A stretch of DNA of 64,000 nucleotides from Cyanophora paradoxa CCMP329 (GCA_004431415.1 QPMI01000119.1:18645-82644); one strand, 5' to 3'. Counted from the first letter of the stretch, positions 10,130-20,434 are shown. A program made the numbers and translations. Notes: generated by a model not told the origin, from the sequence alone.

Positions 10130-13100
10130 ATGTCCTATATCTTGAAGAAGCCAGTGCCACTTCGTAAAGCTCCAGATCTCGTGGATGATCGACATATAAA
10201 TATTCGCGTTTTCGGAAGCATCTTGGCTGACTACAATGCAGATAAAGATATCCACAGGACCGAGTTCAATCGCCCAGCTGCATTAATTCTGCGGAACTCC
10301 CACGTTGGCGCCCCGGACATTGCGCAGAGATTTTGTCTGGGTCCAGCTGAAAATTATGTTGCTGAAATAATCGGATCCAGGGCGTTGCCACGGCACCTGC
10401 GAATTGCCTCCTCAGGCACAGTTTCCAAGTATGATTCTGGTAGATTAATATTTAGGCTTCAAAACGATCGAGGGATTCACATATCAGCTCTACGTCTAAT
10501 TGATGAATCCAATGCTGTCACAAACAAAACTGCGGCCCAAATTACAGGGAGAATTCTCCTTGGTGAAGATGCAGGGCTATCAGTGCTAGCATCACAAATT
10601 CAGCCGTTTCCCTGGGACTTACTATATACCGCTGCACGAGAAGCAAATATTTTATACGGTTTTGATGTAAATCAAATCGATACCGAGCCAGCCACCAGGT
10701 TAGATATTCCTGGATGCACCTTTGGCTCGATCCTGATTGAGGCTGACAGGCACCTGCTCCCGGCGTTGCATGACAGTTACGATCTAGGGCTCCGCACCAG
10801 GCAGTGGCGAAATATTCATGGAACAAATATTTATCAGGATGGTAAGAAGGTTAGCACTGAAGAGCAGGTTATCAACATTTTCAACTACTACTTCGGACCT
10901 ATTGTCCCTATACCACCTCTTCCAGGGTTACCAAAGCCGCCAATCCCGGATGGACCTGGTCGAGAGCGAGTTGCTGATGAGACAGTTCCTTTCGGTCAAC
11001 ATATTGTCAGTTGGGAGCAAGTTCGCAATAAACCTATCTTCGAACCGAAAAAACAAATAGATGAACAGTATTTACCTCCTGAAATCGATATATTAGAGCT
11101 TGATGATTACCAATTTGTCCCAGATGAGGAAGAGTTTTTACCTGACGGTTTCGACCCGCAAGAGTATGAGTATGATCAATACGACCCAAATGAGGAAGAG
11201 TATTTACCCGATGGTTTAGATCCACAAGAGTATGAGTATGAACAGAATTATGAACCCCATGAGGAATATTTAGCAGATGGTCTCGAACCACCAGTTGTGG
11301 ATTATGAGCAACCTTATGAACCCCATGAGGAGTTTTTACCAGATGGATTACAACCGGAGCTTTTTGAGTTCTTTCCAGATTGGGAACAGATCAACAACAA
11401 ACCAGCAAGATATCCACCAGAGGATCACAACCATGATTGGGATGAGATCTTGGGTAAACCTGAAAAATATCCACCTGAAGATCACAGGCATGATTGGGGC
11501 GATATCGATGGAATTCCACCTGAGTTTCCGCCGGAAGACCATAGGCATAATTGGGACGAAATTGACGAACAGCCTACTTTTGCATCAGCAGGAAATGTAT
11601 TATTAGGAGATATTAACAATGGTGTGAGTCTCTACCAAAATATAGACACACCAGAAAGATTACAATTAAACGATTATTATGTGAATCGTCAGGGAATCGA
11701 TGCAGGCACCACAATGGATGGCGAATTGTATATTAGACCACCCACAAGGGATGTAATATTACCACTTGGTGGTGGAATTGAAATTAAAAATACAAAACCA
11801 GGAATCTACTTAACAAACTACTACCCTGATGATGTCCCGATGACAGATAGTCTAATTTCTCTACCATCTGATCCGGCAAACTATGATAACAAAGATGCTA
11901 CTCTACAAATCAATGTGACTAATGTTAGCGATTTAGACGGATCAAGACCAAAATTAATATTTAGTCGTGAACAACTCGCAGCAGAAACACTTCTAGGAGA
12001 TCGTGACGATTATAAACAATGTGAGGTAGCATGGATTAAAACAAATTATAATGGTGGAGTTCCTGAGGGTCTTTTAGAAATCAATCAGAGAGCCTCAGCG
12101 AAAAACATTCATAACGAAAATATTTCAAGAGTCGTAACAGAAGATTATTTTAGATGGGATAATATCCCTGACGCACCCGAAAAATTCCCACCAGAAGACC
12201 ATAGACACGATTGGGGAGATCTTGATAACGTCCCTCTAACGTTTCCACCAGATTTACACAGGCACGATTGGGGAGATCTTGATAACGTCCCTCTAACGTT
12301 TCCACCAGATTTACACAGGCACGATTGGGGAGATCTTGATAACGTCCCTCTAACGTTTCCACCAGATTTACACAGGCACGATTGGGGAGATCTTGATAAC
12401 GTGCCTCTAACATTTCCACCAGCATTACATCGTCACGATTGGGGCGATCTCGATAATGTGCCTTTAACGTTTCCACCCAGCGCCCATAGGCACGATTGGG
12501 GAGAAATTGATAACGTCCCTCTAACATTTACACCATCGACACACAGGCACGTTTGGGGTCAAATAGACGAACAGCCAGTTTTTGCACAATTAAATGCAAT
12601 TGGAAACGTTTTTAATGGAGTCACACTTTACCAATCAATTAATACACCTGAAAGGCTATTTTTGAATGATCATTATGTTAGTCTCAATGGGTCGTTTACA
12701 GGTGAAACAGGCACACCGATGGTGGGAACTCTTGCAGTAAGATTACCGAGGGATTCTATCGTGAATACAATTTACGATGGCGATTTTAATGTAGGAGTAA
12801 ATGACACTTTCCCCAGTATCTATGTTACGAATTATCACCCCGGTGAAACAGGACAAGTAGCCGATTTTTCAGCAGCTATTCAAATAAACGTTACAGATCA
12901 AAGCCCATATGATGGAGCAAGACCTAAGATTGTGTTCACAAGGGAGAAAGTTGTAAACTACCTTCCTGTTGTGGGACAACCCACAGATGATCACGGGAAA
13001 TGTGAGATGGCGTGGATAAAAACAACATCAGGTGGCGCCTTAGAAGTCAATCAGAGAATGGCGGCGAAAAACTTACACAATACCACCCTTTCGGGTGTGG

Positions 13101-15037
13101 TTACAGATGATTACCTTACCAATAAAGGGTATCTTACCTCTGCAGACTTAAGCAGTTATACAACTGATGCAGAGTTAACAACAGCTCTTGCGAATTATCT
13201 ACCTCTTACAGGTGGAACTGTCACAGGAACTGTGAATGCTACCACTCTACAAATTGGTGGAACAACAATTCCAAAAGGTTATGATTTCGACCAATTAGAT
13301 GTTATTTCGACAGACAGATCTGCAAATAATTGGACTGTTACATGGGCATCAAGAACAGGGCAAAATGGTTGCTACACCACACCACAAATTGATGAAGATT
13401 GCAGTGGTTGTTGGATGAGATGGCTCATTCCCACAGGTATGAAATCATTTTATATCCAGCACATGCCTTGGTATAATTGTAGATATTTTGATATCTATGG
13501 GCAAACAGTCAATGGATATCAACATTTCTTAAAACGAGTAAATGCCTATCAGGGAATTCAAGAGGTGAATCAGGATGGAACACATAATACAATCTTGTTT
13601 GTCTCTATCAATTGCGAATTCTACAAATATATTTATGTCCAAGGTCGAAAAGGTCGCATTCATCTCACAGGTGTTTTTGGGTGGAGCAGACAGAGAGCAA
13701 CTGATAATGAATTGGGCATGATCTCTTGGGATAATGTATTTAGTAAACCATCATTTTACTCAGCCGCAGACCTTCCACAAACCGCAACATGGGCAACAAA
13801 TACATGGTTAAAATCAGTAGATGCAGTCGAGCGAATTTGGTTTGGTAATGGCGATTGCACATATATACGAGGGAGACCGAATGGTGACGGTGTGTCAATT
13901 GAATTTAGAGACTCAGCAGATGGAGCAATTTTAAAGTCTTATAACAATGGTAACTTTTGGGTGAAAAACACTATTACAGCACCCACTATTAATGCTACAA
14001 CAGATCTTCAAATAAATGGTAATGCTGTTCCAAAGTTTCACACAGCAGATAAAACAGTAGGAGGTATTGCATTTAATAGATGTTCTGAGGGTTGGACATG
14101 GGCATGGAGTTCAGCATGGGATCCACATTATAATTATGGTTCATATGTTCATAATAATCAAACGGATGATCAAACATCTACCGCTTGGATTGACTTCGAT
14201 ATACCTGATGGATACCACAAAGGAACAGCGTTTTTAACTTATTTACCTTGGACTAACTCACGAATTTTTGAAATTTGGGGACTGAATCGACAAGGGAATG
14301 AAGTTTTTATTACATCAGTAAATAGTTATCAACCATACAGCACATCTCCTGATGGTAACCACAGTGGTATAAATAATGTTCCAATACATCTTGGTAATCG
14401 ATTCCTCACAATTCGAATTAGACCAAAGATTGGAAGAGTTCATATTATGGGTATTAGTTACATGAAAATTTGGGTTGGAAATAGTTATGGCGGTCACACC
14501 GGCTATATTCATTGGAATAACGTTTATAGCAAACCCAATATCTTAACAGGAACTGTGGGGACTTGGTTTAATTCCAGTGATGGATATAATCGTATCCATT
14601 TCGGTAACCAAACTTCTACATATTTGAAAGGAGGGGGAGATATTCCCCTTGTATTCCGAAATGAACAAGATACTGATATTTGTTACATGTATCATGGAGG
14701 ATGGATGTGGATTGGAGGTTATTTAACACAAGGAAGTGACATAAGATACAAAACCGATATTAAAAAGATATCCGGCGCTCTTTCAGCAATAGAGAAATTA
14801 GAGGGAGTGAGTTTTAAACGAATTGGAAGTGAAAAAGATGGAGTTAAATTAGGTTTAATTGCACAAGATGTTCAAAAGGTAATACCAGAGGTAGTTAATG
14901 TTAAAAAAGACGATGGCTACCTATCTCTTGAATACACAGGTTTAATTCCAGTTCTCATTGAAGCTGTGAAGGAGTTGTCCCAAAAATGCAAAGATCTACA
15001 GGATCAAATAGACCAAATTAAAAATGTCAAAGTATAA
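10130..15037 (+). CDS. Long fibre/spike protein with HxH repeats and C-terminal peptidase S74 intramolecular chaperone
   Basis: HRHDWGDLDNVPLTFPP repeats; SDIRYKTDI...GLIAQDVQKVIPEVV...LIPVLIEAVKEL plus terminal coiled coil. Confidence 0.88.
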   Translation: MSYILKKPVPLRKAPDLVDDRHINIRVFGSILADYNADKDIHRTEFNRPAALILRNSHVGAPDIAQRFCLGPAENYVAEIIGSRALPRHLRIASSGTVSKYDSGRLIFRLQNDRGIHISALRLIDESNAVTNKTAAQITGRILLGEDAGLSVLASQIQPFPWDLLYTAAREANILYGFDVNQIDTEPATRLDIPGCTFGSILIEADRHLLPALHDSYDLGLRTRQWRNIHGTNIYQDGKKVSTEEQVINIFNYYFGPIVPIPPLPGLPKPPIPDGPGRERVADETVPFGQHIVSWEQVRNKPIFEPKKQIDEQYLPPEIDILELDDYQFVPDEEEFLPDGFDPQEYEYDQYDPNEEEYLPDGLDPQEYEYEQNYEPHEEYLADGLEPPVVDYEQPYEPHEEFLPDGLQPELFEFFPDWEQINNKPARYPPEDHNHDWDEILGKPEKYPPEDHRHDWGDIDGIPPEFPPEDHRHNWDEIDEQPTFASAGNVLLGDINNGVSLYQNIDTPERLQLNDYYVNRQGIDAGTTMDGELYIRPPTRDVILPLGGGIEIKNTKPGIYLTNYYPDDVPMTDSLISLPSDPANYDNKDATLQINVTNVSDLDGSRPKLIFSREQLAAETLLGDRDDYKQCEVAWIKTNYNGGVPEGLLEINQRASAKNIHNENISRVVTEDYFRWDNIPDAPEKFPPEDHRHDWGDLDNVPLTFPPDLHRHDWGDLDNVPLTFPPDLHRHDWGDLDNVPLTFPPDLHRHDWGDLDNVPLTFPPALHRHDWGDLDNVPLTFPPSAHRHDWGEIDNVPLTFTPSTHRHVWGQIDEQPVFAQLNAIGNVFNGVTLYQSINTPERLFLNDHYVSLNGSFTGETGTPMVGTLAVRLPRDSIVNTIYDGDFNVGVNDTFPSIYVTNYHPGETGQVADFSAAIQINVTDQSPYDGARPKIVFTREKVVNYLPVVGQPTDDHGKCEMAWIKTTSGGALEVNQRMAAKNLHNTTLSGVVTDDYLTNKGYLTSADLSSYTTDAELTTALANYLPLTGGTVTGTVNATTLQIGGTTIPKGYDFDQLDVISTDRSANNWTVTWASRTGQNGCYTTPQIDEDCSGCWMRWLIPTGMKSFYIQHMPWYNCRYFDIYGQTVNGYQHFLKRVNAYQGIQEVNQDGTHNTILFVSINCEFYKYIYVQGRKGRIHLTGVFGWSRQRATDNELGMISWDNVFSKPSFYSAADLPQTATWATNTWLKSVDAVERIWFGNGDCTYIRGRPNGDGVSIEFRDSADGAILKSYNNGNFWVKNTITAPTINATTDLQINGNAVPKFHTADKTVGGIAFNRCSEGWTWAWSSAWDPHYNYGSYVHNNQTDDQTSTAWIDFDIPDGYHKGTAFLTYLPWTNSRIFEIWGLNRQGNEVFITSVNSYQPYSTSPDGNHSGINNVPIHLGNRFLTIRIRPKIGRVHIMGISYMKIWVGNSYGGHTGYIHWNNVYSKPNILTGTVGTWFNSSDGYNRIHFGNQTSTYLKGGGDIPLVFRNEQDTDICYMYHGGWMWIGGYLTQGSDIRYKTDIKKISGALSAIEKLEGVSFKRIGSEKDGVKLGLIAQDVQKVIPEVVNVKKDDGYLSLEYTGLIPVLIEAVKELSQKCKDLQDQIDQIKNVKV
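12199..12570 (+). repeat. 57-bp coding tandem repeat (~6.5 units) encoding HRHDWGDLDNVPLTFPPxx
   Basis: Near-identical 57-nt units visible directly. Confidence 0.95.
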
Positions 15038-15040
15038 TAA

Positions 15041-15349
15041 ATGGCGACGTATCCACTTGGTGGAACTCCTTCTACTTCTTCTGAGCCTGTCGCTCTTGCT
15101 TTCGATACTATCAAACTTGTAGCCGCACTACAAACTGTCGAAAAAACAATACAACAAACTAACAAACTGTCACCGGTTGTTCATGAATATAAAAACCTCT
15201 TGGTTAATGTCCTTGCGCAATCGGCTTATGGTGATCCCGTAGCACGTTACGGCGAATGTGATTCTAACCTTAAAGCGATGACAGCCAACCTTCAAGCTCT
15301 TTCTGTTGCTTACCAATCCCTTGGTTCGAATCTAATCACTTTGCCTTGA
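15041..15349 (+). CDS. Hypothetical protein in the fibre cluster
   Basis: 102-aa ORF starting 3 bp after the fibre stop. Confidence 0.6.
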   Translation: MATYPLGGTPSTSSEPVALAFDTIKLVAALQTVEKTIQQTNKLSPVVHEYKNLLVNVLAQSAYGDPVARYGECDSNLKAMTANLQALSVAYQSLGSNLITLP

Positions 15350-15389
15350 TGGTAGTTTTATTTTTTTATCCTTCTTAGTAAAAGAAGCA

Positions 15390-16247
15390 ATGGGTGAATA
15401 TAATCGGGTTCAGCTACCTATCTATTCCCTGGGATCCCCTGCAATGCACTTTCGTCAGCATGAAGTTAATGATGAGGTTCGCGGTCTGGAATCCACTGAA
15501 CGACCTAATTCTAATGGTAACTCTTTTGACAAAAACTCAATGATTCGAGTAAAAGAACTCCGAGCCGACAAAAACTCAGGAGTGGTTAAAACAACTCGAC
15601 TTCTTGTGACTAATGCTAACTTCTTCCAACCAACTAATGGAGGTCCTGATGCTTACAGTGTTGATCTAAAAGCCCTCGATTTCGACAAGAATTCTGCTGC
15701 TGCTACAATTCGTTCAGGTGGAGCATTTATTGGTGGTGGTTGCAGAGTTTCAGGTCAACTCTCTTCTTCGATTGCATACAATGATGTCCCAGATACGTTG
15801 CCCCAAAATGTAGAAGACCCCCAACGAATCCGTTTGTATGCTCCTGTTTCACAGCAACCATTTATAACTTTCTATAATGAAATAACCGTTACTCTTCTTA
15901 ACTCTGTCGTTCCTGATGGATTTCCAAATGAGAGAGTAGTATATAATAATCAGGTCCCCATGGCTTTACAATCTCTGTGTCGTCCTGCAAACAATCAAAT
16001 CGGGCATTACTACTTATATTTCGTTCAACCACATTTACATTTTGGTCGCGGTTATTGTTCTGTTGGAAATGGTGGAGCTGCATCATATGATCTGCACGTT
16101 ACTGATCTTGGAACCTATCGAATTCTGATTGTTGGAGCAAGAACAGATATTGCTGCTGTGTCTGCTCTTCGTGGATATAATCCCAATGACATTTTGAATA
16201 CAGCATTTTACCAGGAACCCGATATTATCGATGATCCAACACCTTAA
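15390..16247 (+). CDS. Putative structural protein, ELRxDK family member 1
   Basis: Shared N-terminal domain GLESTE...ELRADKNSGVVKTT; near-identical N-terminus at 43847. Confidence 0.75.
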   Translation: MGEYNRVQLPIYSLGSPAMHFRQHEVNDEVRGLESTERPNSNGNSFDKNSMIRVKELRADKNSGVVKTTRLLVTNANFFQPTNGGPDAYSVDLKALDFDKNSAAATIRSGGAFIGGGCRVSGQLSSSIAYNDVPDTLPQNVEDPQRIRLYAPVSQQPFITFYNEITVTLLNSVVPDGFPNERVVYNNQVPMALQSLCRPANNQIGHYYLYFVQPHLHFGRGYCSVGNGGAASYDLHVTDLGTYRILIVGARTDIAAVSALRGYNPNDILNTAFYQEPDIIDDPTP

Positions 16248-16270
16248 ATTATATATTACTTTAATGTAAA

Positions 16271-17098
16271 ATGGCTGAATCAATAGAGCGTATTGTTACG
16301 GCACAACTATCTTTAGCCAGTCCTGCAAATCACGTTCTACAACACGCTTGTTTTGATGATGTGGAAGGTCTTGAATCAACAGAAGTTCAGCCAACAATGA
16401 ATACCTTCGGATCTACACATAAACTTCGATTGCAAGAACTCAGATGTGATAAAAATAATGGTATAGTTAAGACAACAAAGTTGCTAGTTACGAATGCAGA
16501 TTTCAGCTCACATTATGGAGATCCAGACAGTTATAGCTCCCCTATTTCGACTTATTCTTTCGAATCTAGGTCAGGAGCGATCAACTGCAAGACAGGGGGA
16601 GCATATATTGGTGATGGTTTGCGTGTTGGGGGAACAATCGGAGCTCCTCTCTTCGTGAACGACACGCCAAACCCGATCGACAATCTGACGCGGATTCGCA
16701 CCTATGTCCCCGGTATGAATGCCCCCTATATAATCAAGATATTCCCCATTGTTGTTAATGAGCAGACATCAGTAGTTGATTCTCTGGTTGAAATTGGTGA
16801 TCATTATAAGGTAGTAGTCGATATTCCACCAGATATTTATGCGCTCTGCCAGGTTGAGGGTGGAACTCCCAATATTACGGTGGTAATAACTCCTTACGAT
16901 AATTTCGGTATTGCATATCATGGTGTAAATTTCGGATTAGAAGATTATCAGTTTTTAGTAAGAGCTACCAGGTTTGGTATCTACAAATGCATCCTTTATG
17001 CTGAACGAACCGATGCTATTGCTAAACAGAACACATATGCAGAATATGTTGGTACAAACAGGTATTTTCCTATATTCGGCAGCGATACGGCTCCATAG
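16271..17098 (+). CDS. Putative structural protein, ELRxDK family member 2
   Basis: Paralogue of 15390; nearly identical to 44724..45557. Confidence 0.75.
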   Translation: MAESIERIVTAQLSLASPANHVLQHACFDDVEGLESTEVQPTMNTFGSTHKLRLQELRCDKNNGIVKTTKLLVTNADFSSHYGDPDSYSSPISTYSFESRSGAINCKTGGAYIGDGLRVGGTIGAPLFVNDTPNPIDNLTRIRTYVPGMNAPYIIKIFPIVVNEQTSVVDSLVEIGDHYKVVVDIPPDIYALCQVEGGTPNITVVITPYDNFGIAYHGVNFGLEDYQFLVRATRFGIYKCILYAERTDAIAKQNTYAEYVGTNRYFPIFGSDTAP

Positions 17099-17136
17099 CC
17101 GCATTCCTTTGTTTTTTTATATTTTTCCATTAATAG

Positions 17137-17463
17137 ATGGATTTGCTTCGAAAATTATTGGATATGTTCCATCTCAACGTCACCAGCAAATTGAATTGTA
17201 GTTGCTGTGAGACGACCATTAATCTCGAAATATCGGACACTGAGGGCTCTCGAACCCCAGAAGCTCAGGTTTCGCCTATCAACACACCCAGGACTTCTAG
17301 GTCCAATTCTCCATTTACTCGAACTGACTCACCTATACCTTGGCTTGATGATGAAGGCCGAAGATTGTCGTGGCCTCCCCCAGATATCCCAAAGCCGCTG
17401 AAAAGAAAAAAGTCCTTGCTATCAAGTTTCAGAAAGGAGAAGCAATCCGATCTAGTGGAATGA
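17137..17463 (+). CDS. Small protein with amphipathic N-terminus, CC motif and S/P-rich tail
   Basis: MDLLRKLLDMF...CCET...SDTE matches 26837..27070. Confidence 0.7.
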   Translation: MDLLRKLLDMFHLNVTSKLNCSCCETTINLEISDTEGSRTPEAQVSPINTPRTSRSNSPFTRTDSPIPWLDDEGRRLSWPPPDIPKPLKRKKSLLSSFRKEKQSDLVE

Positions 17464-17503
17464 GGCCGCACCAGAGCGCTCTTTGGGCACAAAGTGCTTC
17501 AAT

Positions 17504-17700
17504 GTACTCATTCATATCGCCTAGCCTGAGCTAAACGCCTTTTCCTCACTCAGCTTCTTCGTACTCATTCATATCGCCTAGCCTGAGCTAAACGCCTTTT
17601 CCTCTGTCAGCTTCTTCGTACTCATTAATATCGTCTAGAATTATCCTAAACCTGTTTCCTCTGTTAGCTTCTCTGTACACATCAATATCGTCTAGACTAT
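17504..17700. repeat. 57-bp tandem repeat (~3.5 progressively degenerate units), probable subterminal repeat of element 1
   Basis: GTACTCATTCATATCGCCTAGCCTGAGCTAAACGCCTTTTCCTC unit repeated at 17504, 17561, 17618. Confidence 0.85.
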
Positions 17701-17967
17701 TCTGCCACGTTCGTCTGCAGACCGCGCTCAAGGGGGCAGCGCTCCTCTTCGTCTATTCTAGTTGTCAGCTCTGCCTTGTATAGTCCTCAGATATTTCTTT
17801 GTTAAGACTCCGACCCGAGTCTGGTAGACCTGGGAATTTGAGTCTCGTAGACGTACAAGGTGAATTAACTGAAGAGGGGCTGGAGGTATACACTGGAAAC
17901 GCATGGAATCGGGGGCAAAGGAGCGAAGCGGAATTGCCCGGGTGTGAGGTCCATGCGTATACAACAA

Positions 17968-20338
17968 TCAACTCGCCGCCCGCCTGCCGAGATTCACGGC
18001 ATCCGTGAAGCGCCCCGCCTCGAACATTATCTTGCAGGCTGCAAAAGACGCCTCTGCGATCTGCCGGCGGCAGGATAGCTCCTCAGCAGAGCCCGCCGGC
18101 GGCCCTCCAGTGACCAGCTTCTCTTCCAGCTCGTCGGTCGTGTGAGTTGCAAGCGCCTTGTATCGCGTCTTGAGCTCCTCTGCAGACAGCTCTGATTCCC
18201 CGACCCTGGCCCGCTCGAGCCGCTGCTGCTCGTCTTTGAAAGCGCGCAGGGCGATGCTGAAGGACTCTGACGGGCTCTGGGGGTCGCTGATGATCAAATG
18301 TGGCAGGGCAGGGTTCAAATTCGAGAAGACGAGGGCACCTGATCGTGGGAAGAGGCTTGAGGGCAGATCGCCGCACGCGTCTGGAGGCGGCGGAGGAGAT
18401 CCTCCGCCTTCTTGTACGCTGGGGTGCTGGACGTGGCCACTTGGAGGGCCATCCGGGCTGCAGAGAGCGCCTCGTCGTACTTCTTGCGCATCTCGAGCAC
18501 CTGCCCGAGCTGCTGCCAAGCCTGCGCACGCACAACGCGACCAAGTCAGGGAGTCCAAGCGTGCATGCACGAGATTCAACCCGTGGTGCTTGCCTCGGCC
18601 TGCTCATCCGCGATCCCATGAGACATCGAGTTCTCAGCCGCGTTGCGCGCAATCTCTTCCGCTGTTGACATCGCCCTGGGATCTTCAGACAGTTGCGTTG
18701 TTGTGAGCTGGATGAGCTCCCTGCCAGCAAGGGACGAGAGCCGCCACGATTCCTTGGCGCCTGTGCGGTCTCCGACACTCTTGTAGATGCGAGCGAGCTC
18801 ACTGAAGTCGTTGGCGAAGAGCTCTAATCCGTAACGGCACAGCATGTTGACCGCCCGACGATGCAGCATCAACGGCGAGTACTCCTGTGCCACGTTCGTT
18901 CGCGTCTCGCTAATGCGCTTCATGGCAGCCACGTTCGCATCGCTGCGTTTCTTGATCTCCGGTGCGAAAACTTCTTGGTTTTGCTTGGCGAGACGGGCCT
19001 GCGCGATTGACAATCAGCGAAACATCGGCCGGCACCCGCGCAATGAAGCTGCGAACGAGTTCAGCGCGATCCGAACAGTAGGTCTCTTGGATCCCGCCTG
19101 CGAAAATTTTCATTGCCCGCGAGTGCGAGCTGGGGAGCAGCTGCAGCGCCAGCTCATTCGCCGTGCGGGCAACAGCGAGGGCCTCGGCAAGCCGCTCTTT
19201 GCTTCCCGACTCGCTGAGCGCAGTCGCAAGCATTCTGTACGCCTGCAAATGACTTCAACGAAGTTCAACAAGGACTCCACAAAATGGAGAGGAACCCACC
19301 TCGACACCGTACTCGTCGTTGGGGGTGCGCTCGATGCAATACCGAGCAAAGGTTTCGGCTTCCAGAAACATTTTGCTCTTCAGAGCAGAGAGGCACGCTT
19401 CGCGGGCTGCACTCGCACACACGTGCATCCAAGTCCGGAGCTTCTCGTCATCGAGCGCGTGGATCACCGTTTTTAGCCGCTCGTTGAACTCCTCCAGGAT
19501 CGGGAATACCCCAGGCCGGCATTAGGAAGAGGCCCGCATTGGGATTTCGCCGATTGTTTTCCAGGTTTGCGTGTATGAGCGCCGGACCGCCGGGGCATAC
19601 ATGGTGAACTGTATAGGCGCCTGTCTGCGCCGCCACTACCCTTGTCTGGTTGGTTCACTGTCGATTGTGCTTCGGGCCTTCGGGTCCTTCGCCTTTCGTC
19701 ATAACCGTACAGCCGGCTTGGGCGTGTCTTATACATACTCTTCTTCTTCTTTGAACTCCTCCGTCTTCGGTCCGGCGAGCTCAAAGAGCCGCTGCATGCG
19801 CTCGGGCTCTGGCATCGTTCGAGCTTTCTTCGCCTTTTGCAGCTGCTCCAGTTCCTTCTCGAAATCCATGATCGCTTGGGCGGCCGACTTTGCTGTAAGC
19901 ACGACGCTGGATCCGGCTGCAGGCTGCTGGCCATGGGTAACATCGCGTCCAGGGAGCGCTTCGATCGGGCTGACAGACTTCTTCGGAAGCTTTGTGATGG
20001 ACTGCTCGCGCCCATCGGTTGAAGGATCCGGAGGGGTACCGGTCGCAAGACCGAAGCTGCAAGTCTGGCGTCAGTGGACGCTCGGCAGTAACATTAGAGC
20101 CAAGCTCAATGCACCGCAGGCGGCACTCCATGGCCCGGGCAGGGTGCCCAGCCCTCTCCAAGAGCCTGGCGGCCGGCTCTGCAAATTTCCGCCCCGTTTT
20201 TGCTTCCTTCTTGTCTGCAGAAGCCAGGTTCGAAACGGAATGTGGTGTATGCACAAGCGCTATGCATGCTGCGCCTGCCCGCACGCACTGGCATCTGAAG
20301 CGCGCTGGAGCAGCAGTTCCGCCTCAGCGAGAGCTGCC
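17968..20338 (-). CDS. 3' exons (helical/TPR-like) of the host TRANK1-like gene; exon structure approximate
   Basis: Frame continues across the element after removing one TSD (KAQAA-LAEAELLLQR); GC-rich with short introns. Confidence 0.6.
20333..20338 (+). repeat. Left target-site duplication GCTGCC
   Basis: Identical hexamer at 47528-47533. Confidence 0.95.
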
Positions 20339-20434
20339 ACACATATTGAAAAACGAATTTAAATCCCTTCGTTCATCTCGATCGCTTCGCGATCTCGATT
20401 CACTCTGGATTTAAATTCGTTTTTCAATATGTGT
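20339..20434. other. Terminal 96-nt imperfect hairpin
   Basis: 28-bp perfect arms 20339-20366 / 20407-20434 and a centred inner stem GATCGC-TTC-GCGATC. Confidence 0.93.

Larger units (their letters stand above)
1..17750. mobile_element. Endogenous Polinton-like virus, element 1 (left end outside window; right boundary unresolved, ~17.70-17.96 kb)
   Basis: Intronless, densely packed, lower-GC block with PolB, rve integrase, ATPase, MCP, pentons and fibre; host-like GC and exons resume at ~17968. Confidence 0.9.

Noticed and set aside
10106-10255. Extended starts in the ORF track (patatin 10255, ATPase 4828, penton 7262, MCP 23786, integrase 34126)
   Set aside because: Most overlap neighbouring genes or use non-ATG starts; orthologue alignment and AT-rich leaders support the downstream ATGs
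10130-15037. Prophage or bacterial contamination suggested by the tail fibre and SpeD
   Set aside because: No terminase, portal or HK97 capsid; linked to jelly-roll capsid genes, and element 2 has a TSD in a spliced host gene
17504-17700. Possible CRISPR array (also 36290-36392 and 20839-21150)
   Set aside because: Contiguous tandem repeats without unique spacers; no cas genes; eukaryotic context
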